A DNA stretch of 34,469 bases from Alphaproteobacteria bacterium. GTDB lineage: Bacteria > Pseudomonadota > Alphaproteobacteria > ATCC43930 > CGMCC-115725. Below the pieces are notes generated by a model. That model made no database searches. It was given only the letters and a program-made list of their open reading frames with translations, and was not told where the DNA came from. Shown in pieces: positions 26,842-34,469 of the stretch (position 1 is its first letter; each line of letters opens with the position of its first letter). The DNA is taken from contig JAFAHP010000280.1 in the NCBI GenBank assembly GCA_019237175.1, forward strand, positions 1 through 34,469, written 5' to 3'. The position numbers and the translations under genes are program-made.

Positions 26842-27798
26842 GTGATCCGCGTCATCCGACATCCCGGCCCCCACTCACATCACCCGCGCGGCGCGGTGCT
26901 GACGATCGGCAATTTCGATGGGCTGCATCGCGGCCACGCTTTGTTGATCGAGCGGGCACAGAACCTAGCGCGGGCGGGCGGCCATCCGGTCGGTGTGCTG
27001 ACCTTCGAACCGCATCCGCGCAGCGTGTTTGTGCCGGCTGCCGAGCCGTTTCGGCTGACCCCGTTCCGCGTCAAGGAACGCGAGTTGGCGCGGCTCGGGG
27101 TCGACCTCTTATTCGTCCAACATTTCGACCTCACCTTTGCCGCGAAGAGTGCGGAGGATTTCCTGTCGGAAATAATCGTCGGCGCGATCGGCGCATCGCA
27201 CGTGGTCGTCGGCTGGGATTGCACCTTCGGCAAGGGGCGCCGCGGCTCGCCCGAAATGCTCCGTGCCGCCGGCCCGCGGTGCGGTTTTGGCGTCACTGTG
27301 CTCGAGCCGATCCGAGGCGAGGGCGAGGTCGTCTACTCGTCAACCCAGATCCGCGAATTGCTCAGATCGGGAAAGCCGCGCGAGGCGGCCGTGCTTCTCG
27401 GCCGCTGCTGGGAGATCGACGGCCGCGTCGCGGTCGGTGATCGGCGCGGACGAACGATCGGGTTTCCGACGGTCAATCTCGGGCTTGGCGACTATATCCG
27501 CCCCGCATTCGGGGTGTACGCAGTACGCGTCTCGGGCGACGGCGCCGACGACCCGTTTGCCGGCCGCGCCATCGACGGCGTCGCCAATATCGGGCTGCGC
27601 CCGACGATCGGCACGCCCGAGCCGCGGCTCGAGGCGCATCTTTTTGATATCGACGCCGATCTCTACGGGCGCCACTTACGGGTGGCGCTCGTTGACTATA
27701 TCAGGCTGGAGCGAAAATTCGCCGACCTCGACGCCCTCAAGGCGCAGATCGCCCTGGACGCCCGTCGAGCGCGCGAACTCCTTGCGATCACCAAATGA
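26842..27798 (+). CDS. ribF: Bifunctional riboflavin kinase / FAD synthetase
   Basis: TIGNFDGLHRGH (FAD synthetase). GRTIGFPTVNL and LEAHLFDIDADLYGRHLRVALVDYIRLERKF (riboflavin kinase). Start assigned to GTG 26842. The track's 26476 start overlaps the divergent ETF-QO gene. Confidence 0.88.
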   Translation: MIRVIRHPGPHSHHPRGAVLTIGNFDGLHRGHALLIERAQNLARAGGHPVGVLTFEPHPRSVFVPAAEPFRLTPFRVKERELARLGVDLLFVQHFDLTFAAKSAEDFLSEIIVGAIGASHVVVGWDCTFGKGRRGSPEMLRAAGPRCGFGVTVLEPIRGEGEVVYSSTQIRELLRSGKPREAAVLLGRCWEIDGRVAVGDRRGRTIGFPTVNLGLGDYIRPAFGVYAVRVSGDGADDPFAGRAIDGVANIGLRPTIGTPEPRLEAHLFDIDADLYGRHLRVALVDYIRLERKFADLDALKAQIALDARRARELLAITK

Positions 27799-27892
27799 GC
27801 GTGCTGGCCGTCGCCCGAAATTTGAGATAAATCGGAGCGCGAGAGCGCCCTTGGCGCTGTGATGGAGCGGCTCCCACGCGGAAATAGAGAGA

Positions 27893-29185
27893 GTGGCCGA
27901 AACCGACGCCGTACACCAAGGCCTCGAACGCAAGCTGGCGACGATCCTTTCCGCCGATGTCGCAGCCTACAGCCGGCTGATGGCCGAGGATGAAGAGCAT
28001 ACCCTTCGGACGTTCCGCGGCCACAAGCAAGTCTTCGAAAAGCTTGTTGTCTTGCATAACGGCCGCGTTTTCAACACCGCCGGCGACGCGATTCTCGCAG
28101 AGTTCGCTAGTGCCGTCGAAGCGGTGCGGTGTGCTACCGAGATCCAAGCCGCGCTGCGCACGCGCAATGATCAACTCGCGGAGTCCAGGCGCGTCGAATT
28201 CCGCATGGGCGTCAATCTCGGCGATGTCATGGTCCAAGGGGACGATCTGCTTGGCGACGGCGTCAACGTCGCGGCTCGCCTTCAGGCGGCGGCCGAGCCC
28301 GGCGGCGTTTGCATTGCCGGAAGCGTATACGATCAGATCCGCAACAAGCTCTCGCTGTCGTTCAAACCGCTCGGCGAGATGAGTTACAAGAACATCCCGC
28401 AGCCGGTGCGGACCTTTGCCATCGCCGGGGTCGACGGCATCGGCCCCCTGCCGGCACCGCCAACCCGTCGTCGGCAAGAAGCGCGCATTGTGCGCTTCTC
28501 AATGGTCGCCGGCGCGATTGTGCTGCTGCTCGGGGCAGCGGCGGCGGTATGGGGATTTTCAGAATATCGCTCCCGGACAGCACGCACGGCCGCGCCAACG
28601 GCGCGACTGGCGACCTTCGAGGCGAGACGCGAACAGTCGCAAACCGAAGCCGCGAAAATCGCGCAGCAGCAGTTGCAAACGGCCGCGACCGCACCGGTCG
28701 AGCGCGGGCAGGCTGAGGAAGCCAGCCGCCATCCAAACGGAGAAACGGACCGACACGCCGAGCCCTCCCGGCTTGCCGCGGCAGCACCGGTCCCAACCAC
28801 CCGGGCTGCGCCGCCGGCCATCATCCCGGAGGTGCCCGTCTCGTCCAGGCCGAACGCGGTCGCAGACCTGACCGGGATATACCGCGGGCCGATCTGCTAT
28901 GGCGCATTCGCAGCCGAGCCGGCGCGCTGTTTGAAGGCGCAAGTCATTGTTACCAAGAATAAAATCTCGGGCCAATGGCCCGCCGCCATTCGCGGCGCGA
29001 CGATGTATCTCGCTGGCGACATTACCCGCGCGGGAGCGGTTGTAATCCACATGCACGCGCAACGGGCCGACGGATCGCACGGGCCGGTCGCCGATATGGT
29101 CGGCAACCTGCGCGACGGGCACATCGAGGCGTCCGGCGCCTTTCTTAACGGCCGCACCGTCAAATTGAACTGGCAAAAAGAATAG
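27893..29185 (+). CDS. Class III adenylate/guanylate cyclase domain protein: N-terminal catalytic domain, one TM helix, Ala/Pro/Gln-rich linker, C-terminal domain of unknown function
   Basis: Catalytic-domain blocks LATILSADVAAYSRL, NTAGDAILAEF, RMGVNLGDV and GDGVNVAARLQ. TM helix IVRFSMVAGAIVLLLGAAAAVWGF. GTG start at 27893. Confidence 0.82.
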   Translation: MAETDAVHQGLERKLATILSADVAAYSRLMAEDEEHTLRTFRGHKQVFEKLVVLHNGRVFNTAGDAILAEFASAVEAVRCATEIQAALRTRNDQLAESRRVEFRMGVNLGDVMVQGDDLLGDGVNVAARLQAAAEPGGVCIAGSVYDQIRNKLSLSFKPLGEMSYKNIPQPVRTFAIAGVDGIGPLPAPPTRRRQEARIVRFSMVAGAIVLLLGAAAAVWGFSEYRSRTARTAAPTARLATFEARREQSQTEAAKIAQQQLQTAATAPVERGQAEEASRHPNGETDRHAEPSRLAAAAPVPTTRAAPPAIIPEVPVSSRPNAVADLTGIYRGPICYGAFAAEPARCLKAQVIVTKNKISGQWPAAIRGATMYLAGDITRAGAVVIHMHAQRADGSHGPVADMVGNLRDGHIEASGAFLNGRTVKLNWQKE

Positions 29186-29375
29186 TCGGAGCGCGGCTAT
29201 AAGCGGCATTAGCAAAGCAGCAAAACTTCTCGCAATGCTCTCGAATTTGCTCGTAGCGGCTGTTATATGACCGCTATGGTACGGCATTACGGCTGGCAGG
29301 CGCGAATTACCAAGCCGGTCCTCCTCTGAGGATCGGAAACATCTTTGCTTATTTCCTGCCGTTTAGAGGCTCTTG

Positions 29376-32237
29376 ATGCCGACCGATTATCGACCGACCG
29401 TTTTCCTGCCGAAAACCGACTTTCCGATGCGCGGCGATCTGCCAAAGCGCGAACCGCTCATCCTTGCCCGTTGGACGGCGATGAATCTCTACCGGCGGCT
29501 GCGCGAAGCCGCGGCCGGACGCGAGAAATTCGTACTGCACGACGGGCCGCCCTATGCCAACGGCCATCTTCATATCGGCCACGCGCTGAACAAGATTTTG
29601 AAGGACGTGGTCAACCGCTCGCAGCAAATGCTCGGCAAGGATGCGCCTTTTGTGCCCGGATGGGACTGTCACGGCCTGCCCATCGAGTGGATGATCGAAG
29701 AAAAATATCGGGCGCGGAAAATGTCCAAGGACAGCGTCCCGCCCGATCAGTTCCGCCGTGAATGCCGGGAATTCGCAGCCCATTGGATCGAGGTACAGAA
29801 GGTCGAGTTCGAACGGCTCGGCGTCGTCGGCGATTGGGCCAATCCCTATACGACGATGGCGTATTCGGCTGAGGCGCAGATCGTCCGTGAGATCGGCAAA
29901 TTTCTCGTCAATGGCGGGCTTTATCGCGGCTCAAAGCCGGTGTTGTGGTCCGTCGTCGAGCAAACCGCACTCGCCGAAGCCGAGGTCGAATACCACGACC
30001 ATCGCTCGACCACTGTTTGGGTACGGTTTCCGATTGTCACGACAGGCCTGCCGGACCTGGTGAGGGCGGCGGCTCTGATCTGGACAACGACGCCGTGGAC
30101 GCTGCCCGGCAATCGCGCCATCGCGTTCAGCGGCGCACTCGATTACGTCGTGATACGGATTGACAGGGCGGGTGACGGCAGCCGCGCATTGCCCGGCGAG
30201 GTACTGCTGGTCGCCGCCGCGCTCGTCGATGACGTCGTCGCCCGGGCAGGGGTCGAGGCCTATTCGGTTCTCGCCCGGTTTCCCGGGGCGGCGCTGGCCG
30301 GCACTGTGGCGCGTCACCCGCTCGCCGCCCGGGGCTACGAGTTCGACGTGCCGTTGTTGCCGGCGAGCTTTGTCGAGGCCGAGCAGGGGACGGGTCTCGT
30401 CCATATCGCCCCGGGCCACGGCGTCGACGACTTCGAATTAGGACGGGCGAACGGGCTGCCGGTCCCCGACACGGTCGGGCCCGACGGGGTGTATCTGTCG
30501 GGTGTTCCGCTATTCGCCGGTCGTGCCGTCTACCGGCCCGACGGCAAAGGGGGAGATGCCAACGAGGCGGTAATCGCCGCTGTGGATGCTGCGGGTGGCC
30601 TGTTGGCGCGCGGCGTGCTCGTTCATTCCTATCCGCACTCTTGGCGGTCCAAAGCGCCGTTGATCTTTCGCAATACGCCGCAATGGTTTATCAGCATGAC
30701 CGCGAACAGCCTGCGGGAAAAGGCGCTGGTGGCGATCGCCAACACCCGATGGATCCCACCGCAGGGCAGGAACCGCATCGCTGCGATGGTGGAAAACCGC
30801 CCCGATTGGTGCGTGTCGCGCCAGCGCGCCTGGGGCGTGCCAATTCCCGTCTTCACTCATCGCGACACCGGCGAGCCGTTGCGCGATCCCGCTGTTGTCC
30901 AGCGCGTCGCGGCCGCGGTCGAGCGGCACGGCTCCGATATCTGGTTAAGCGCCGATCCCGCACGCTTTCTCGGCAACGCCTACAACCCAGACGAATGGCT
31001 GAAGGTCACCGACATCGTCGAGGTCTGGTTCGATTCGGGCTCCACTCATGCCTTTGTCCTCGAACAGCGGCCTGAATTGTGCTGGCCAGCTTCACTCTAT
31101 CTCGAAGGCTCGGACCAGCATCGCGGCTGGTTTCACTCGTCGCTCCTCGAAGCCTGCGGGACGCGTGGGCGCGCGCCCTACGACGCGGTATTAACCCATG
31201 GCTTCGTACTCGACGAGCAGGGTCGCAAGATGTCGAAATCGCTCGGCAATGTCGTGGCTCCACAGGATGTCATCAAGCAGAGCGGGGCCGACATCTTGCG
31301 GCTGTGGGTCGTAAGCTCAGACTATTCCGAAGACCTGCGCATCGGCCCCGAGATTCTCAAGCACCAGAGCGATGTCTATCGTCGGCTGCGCAACACTCTG
31401 CGCTACCTGTTGGGGGCTCTTGATGGCTTCACCGCGAACGAAGCGGCCGACGACGTCGCGGCGATGCCGGAGCTCGAACGCTGGGTCTTGCATCGCCTGG
31501 CGGAACTCGACCTTGTCGTTCGCCGCGCGATCGAGAATTTTGATTTCCATACCATGTTTACCGCACTGCACAGTTTTTGTGCGGTCGACCTGTCGGCGTT
31601 TTATTTCGATATCCGCAAAGACCGGCTTTACTGCGACGCGCCCGATGATTTTCGCCGGCGGGCGCTGCGCACTGTGCTCGACCGGGTCTTCGATGCGTTG
31701 GTACGCTGGCTTGCGCCGATCACCTGTTTTACCGCCGAGGAAGCATGGCTCGCCCGTCATGGCGATGCACCGGAGCGTAGCGTTCATCTCGAGCTCTTCG
31801 CCGATATACCGAGCGAATGGTTCGATCCCGCCTTGAGTGAGCGTTGGGCGCAACTTCGCGACCTGCGCCGTGTCGTTACCGGTGCACTGGAGCTCGAACG
31901 CGGCGCCAAGAGGTTGGGATCGAGCCTGCAGGCTGCTGTCGAGGTATACATTCCCGAGCGGCTCGAGGACGTGGTCCGCGGTGTGGATCTGGCCGAATTG
32001 TGCATCACCTCGGCCGGCGTGGTACGCGTCGCGGTGGCGCCCGAGCACGCCTTGCGCCTGCCCGACGTATCCGAAATCGGGGTCTGCGTCTCGCCCGCTG
32101 TGGGCGAGCGCTGCGAGCGCTGCTGGCGCGTCTTGCCGGAAGTCGGCGCTGTCCCCGATCACCCGGACCTCTGCCGGCGTTGCGCTGCTGTGGCCGCCCG
32201 GCACGGTGCTGCCGCATGCATCGCGGGCAAGGGGTGA
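29376..32237 (+). CDS. ileS: Isoleucine--tRNA ligase
   Basis: HIGH motif [16 protein letters not shown] motif KMSKSLGN, and C-terminal zinc-knuckle cysteines CERCWRV...[10 protein letters not shown] 29376 (TTG 29373 is also in frame). Confidence 0.95.
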   Translation: MPTDYRPTVFLPKTDFPMRGDLPKREPLILARWTAMNLYRRLREAAAGREKFVLHDGPPYANGHLHIGHALNKILKDVVNRSQQMLGKDAPFVPGWDCHGLPIEWMIEEKYRARKMSKDSVPPDQFRRECREFAAHWIEVQKVEFERLGVVGDWANPYTTMAYSAEAQIVREIGKFLVNGGLYRGSKPVLWSVVEQTALAEAEVEYHDHRSTTVWVRFPIVTTGLPDLVRAAALIWTTTPWTLPGNRAIAFSGALDYVVIRIDRAGDGSRALPGEVLLVAAALVDDVVARAGVEAYSVLARFPGAALAGTVARHPLAARGYEFDVPLLPASFVEAEQGTGLVHIAPGHGVDDFELGRANGLPVPDTVGPDGVYLSGVPLFAGRAVYRPDGKGGDANEAVIAAVDAAGGLLARGVLVHSYPHSWRSKAPLIFRNTPQWFISMTANSLREKALVAIANTRWIPPQGRNRIAAMVENRPDWCVSRQRAWGVPIPVFTHRDTGEPLRDPAVVQRVAAAVERHGSDIWLSADPARFLGNAYNPDEWLKVTDIVEVWFDSGSTHAFVLEQRPELCWPASLYLEGSDQHRGWFHSSLLEACGTRGRAPYDAVLTHGFVLDEQGRKMSKSLGNVVAPQDVIKQSGADILRLWVVSSDYSEDLRIGPEILKHQSDVYRRLRNTLRYLLGALDGFTANEAADDVAAMPELERWVLHRLAELDLVVRRAIENFDFHTMFTALHSFCAVDLSAFYFDIRKDRLYCDAPDDFRRRALRTVLDRVFDALVRWLAPITCFTAEEAWLARHGDAPERSVHLELFADIPSEWFDPALSERWAQLRDLRRVVTGALELERGAKRLGSSLQAAVEVYIPERLEDVVRGVDLAELCITSAGVVRVAVAPEHALRLPDVSEIGVCVSPAVGERCERCWRVLPEVGAVPDHPDLCRRCAAVAARHGAAACIAGKG

Positions 32238-32722
32238 TGCTTCGGGTTGGGCTCGTCACGGCGCTCATCGTCGTCATTCTGGATCAGCTGACGAAAGCAT
32301 TGGTTCTCGCCCGCTTTGCCGGGCGCGCCTTTGCCGGCGATGCGATCACGGCATTCTTTAACCTCGTTCTGACCTTTAATCGCGGCCTGAGCTTTGGCCT
32401 ATTCAATACCGCCCCCGCGGGCGGCCGCGGCGATATAAACGTCTTTTTATTCTCGCTGGTCGCCGCGGTGATCGTCAGCGGACTGACCTATTGGCTCGGC
32501 CGAGTGAGGAGCCCGCTCCTCGGTTTTGCAATCGGCCTGGTGATCGGCGGCGCCGTCGGCAACGTTGTCGATCGGGTTCGCTATGGTGCGGTCGTGGATT
32601 TTCTCGATTTCCACATCGGAAGCTATCACTGGCCGGCGTTCAACTTGGCCGATAGCGCGATTTGCATCGGGGTGGCGGCAATGTTGTTCGAGAGCTTGCT
32701 TCTAGGGCGCGAGGCGCATTAA
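32237..32722 (+). CDS. lspA: Lipoprotein signal peptidase (signal peptidase II)
   Basis: NRGLSFG, GGAVGNVVDR, VVDFLDF and FNLADSAI blocks. ATG 32237 overlaps the ileS TGA by 1 nt (TGATG). The track's 31844 start lies inside ileS. Confidence 0.9.
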   Translation: MLRVGLVTALIVVILDQLTKALVLARFAGRAFAGDAITAFFNLVLTFNRGLSFGLFNTAPAGGRGDINVFLFSLVAAVIVSGLTYWLGRVRSPLLGFAIGLVIGGAVGNVVDRVRYGAVVDFLDFHIGSYHWPAFNLADSAICIGVAAMLFESLLLGREAH

Positions 32723-32747
32723 ATGTCGGGCCGGAGGGACTACCACC

Positions 32748-33236
32748 ATGTTTCAATATCGCCTGGTCCCCGGTGCATTCCGGGGCCACTTTATGCTTGG
32801 CGTTGCTTGCCTCGCCGGGGTAGGATTGCTGTCCGGATGCAGCGACTTCAAGCAGATTATCGGACTCGACCCGACGATGCCGGACGAATTTGCAGTCGAG
32901 TCACGCGCCCCTTTAACGATCCCGCCTGACTTTAATCTCCGTCCGCCGGAGCCGGGGGCGCCGCGGCCGCAAGAAGAGAGCACGGACAAGCAGGCTCAGC
33001 AAATCATGGAGCAGGCCGGTCCCGGCAGGGCGGGTACAAAAGAGGCTGCAGATTTCCGCCTGCGCAGCGCCGAAAACGGCCTCCCCAATCTCGGCGGCAA
33101 CAGCCAGACGCCAGATCCGGCGGGGATGGTCGGCTCGCAAAGCCTGTCCAACAAACTGCTCGACTACAGCGATACCGGCAACGCCGGGGCCACTGTCGAC
33201 AAGCGCGATACGACCCCGCTCAAGGGCGTCTACTGA
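32748..33236 (+). CDS. DUF3035-like lipoprotein
   Basis: Canonical lipobox LLSGC, then the PDEFAVESRAPLTIPPDFNLRPPEPGAPRPQE block that I associate with DUF3035, which commonly follows lspA in alphaproteobacteria. The start could be the internal ATG at 32793. Confidence 0.7.
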   Translation: MFQYRLVPGAFRGHFMLGVACLAGVGLLSGCSDFKQIIGLDPTMPDEFAVESRAPLTIPPDFNLRPPEPGAPRPQEESTDKQAQQIMEQAGPGRAGTKEAADFRLRSAENGLPNLGGNSQTPDPAGMVGSQSLSNKLLDYSDTGNAGATVDKRDTTPLKGVY

Positions 33237-33273
33237 GGTTTCCCAACATCATGTCGCCACGAAGAAACCCATT

Positions 33274-34263
33274 TTGTTGAACCGACGCGACTTTGCCCTG
33301 GGCTTGCTGGTTGGCGTGGCCGCAGGCCCGGCAAGGTCGCAGCAACCTGCAACGCGTCTTCTCGCGATCCTCCACCCGGCAATCCCGGCGGCCCGGATTA
33401 CCGAAGACCGCTTTTGGCGTGGCTTCTTCACAAACCTACGTAGCTTGGGTTACGAGGAAGGAAAAAATCTAATCGTAGATCGCTATTCAGCCGAAGGGCA
33501 TCACGAGCGTTATGCCAGTTTGGCCCGAGAGATCGCGACCTCGCGCCCGGACGTGATAGTAACTGTCTCTACAGGCGTGGTGCGAGCCCTTCTGGCGGCG
33601 ACGCGCACAATTTTCATTGTCGCGAACATGCTGGAAGATCCGGTCAAAGCAGGGGTCGTCACCAGCCTGGCCTACCCGGGGAACCTTACCGGGGTCAGCC
33701 GCGATGCCGGAGCCGGGATCTGGGGGAAACGCCTGCAATTCATGAAAGAGGTCATCCCTTCCCTATCAACCGTTGCTTTTTTTGGCTTCCGGGAGATGTG
33801 GAAAGGCCCGGCAGGGCGGGTTCTGCAGGATATCAGCGGCCAATTGCGGATTTCGCTGGTGGCAATGCTCCTCGACGAGGGAACCACTGTGGAGATCGAG
33901 CGGGTTTTCGCGACGATGGCGCGGGAACGGCCGGACGCGGTGCTGGTGACCGGCGAAGGCGACCAATACGCCCACCGCCAGTCTATCGTTGAATTGGCGG
34001 AGAAGACCCGTTTGCCGGTGATGTATGGAACGGGTGATTACGTCGAACGGGGCGGGTTGATCGGGTGTGTCGCCGACGACGCGGAAGCCCGTGATCGACT
34101 CGTCGACGATGTGTACAAAATCTTCAACGGCGCCAAAGTGGGCGACCTTCCGATTTATCAAACAACCAAATTCGATCTCGACATAAATTTGAAGACCGCC
34201 AAGGCGCTCGGCCTCACGATCCCACCGGACCTTCTCGCGGGCGCCAACCAAGTGATTGAATAG
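33274..34263 (+). CDS. ABC-transporter substrate-binding protein family (ABC_sub_bind / PF04392-like), Tat-type signal
   Basis: N-terminal LNRRDFALGLLVGVAAGPA (twin-arginine-like). Body blocks such as LRSLGYEEGKNLIVDRYSAEG...RPDVIVT...PGNLTGVS...INLKTAKALGLTIPPDLLAGANQVIE are typical of this family. TTG start (33274 or 33277). No permease or ATPase gene lies within the window. Confidence 0.75.
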   Translation: MLNRRDFALGLLVGVAAGPARSQQPATRLLAILHPAIPAARITEDRFWRGFFTNLRSLGYEEGKNLIVDRYSAEGHHERYASLAREIATSRPDVIVTVSTGVVRALLAATRTIFIVANMLEDPVKAGVVTSLAYPGNLTGVSRDAGAGIWGKRLQFMKEVIPSLSTVAFFGFREMWKGPAGRVLQDISGQLRISLVAMLLDEGTTVEIERVFATMARERPDAVLVTGEGDQYAHRQSIVELAEKTRLPVMYGTGDYVERGGLIGCVADDAEARDRLVDDVYKIFNGAKVGDLPIYQTTKFDLDINLKTAKALGLTIPPDLLAGANQVIE

Positions 34264-34469
34264 GACTGCGCCAAAGCAAACGCAAAGCATCTACGCCCAA
34301 AGGTGACACTCGATCGCCTCTTCGGGCGCTCGCCATTTTTGGTATGCGCAAGGCAGACTCCTCTTTACCGTTTTTAGCATCCACGCCCAGCACCGCTCGC
34401 TGAAAAAATCGGCAGCGTCCTGGGCAGCGCCGCAGCACCCTTCTCCCGTCGGCCATGTTGCGGCGGTGC

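Noticed and set aside
27788-28477. 229-aa minus-strand ORF overlapping the ribF stop and the cyclase catalytic domain.
   Set aside because: The plus-strand frame carries all the class III cyclase motifs. The minus-strand product has no recognisable features and would overlap two genes.
34214-34456. 80-aa minus-strand ORF at the right edge.
   Set aside because: It overlaps the 3' end of the SBP gene and has an Arg-rich composition with no motifs or RBS. It is probably non-coding. The region looks like an AT-richer intergenic or promoter stretch.
1-34469. CRISPR arrays, rRNA genes, IS elements or transposases, prophage genes, toxin-antitoxin pairs, and restriction-modification or other known defence cassettes.
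   Set aside because: I saw no spaced direct repeats, no rRNA-like sequence and no DDE, serine or tyrosine recombinase motifs in any credible ORF. The only mobile element I can support is the group II intron.

Overview
GC-rich chromosomal segment. Gene content and synteny look alphaproteobacterial and Rhizobiales-like, but this is an inference and no search was run. I call 30 protein-coding genes, one tRNA (tRNA-Gln UUG), one gene fragment, and the 3' two-thirds of a group II intron; the intron's 5' end lies off the left edge. Most of the window is housekeeping: rnr, an S41 peptidase, rpmG (55 aa, below the ORF-track cutoff), a DUF1285-Nudix-small membrane protein-cca operon, psd-pssA, ispE with a TPR gene and ETF-QO, and ribF/ileS/lspA. 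I found no CRISPR array, rRNA, transposase, integrase, toxin-antitoxin pair or recognisable defence cassette. Five things deserve a second look. (1) A four-gene, translationally coupled MoxR AAA+ / DUF58 / BatA_N-DUF4159 / vWA-GATase-like membrane-protein operon (8.8-15.7 kb). The families are known but the function is not, and it is the best candidate here for an uncharacterised system. (2) A sense-oriented group II intron that ends about 29 nt upstream of the RNase R start codon. (3) A truncated HisD/HpsN-family fragment butted against the 3' end of tRNA-Gln, at the edge of a likely accessory patch (17.3-22.2 kb). That patch's non-coding DNA also holds a perfect 17-bp tandem duplication and a 10-bp perfect hairpin. 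(4) A class III cyclase gene wedged between ribF and ileS, with an unusual topology and an Asn where the substrate-defining Lys normally sits. (5) Repeated use of TTG starts in TTGA stop/start overlaps. Many long ORFs in the track are antisense or alternative-frame artefacts typical of GC-rich DNA, and I trimmed several true genes to homology-consistent starts. All family assignments come from motif recognition by eye, not from database searches.
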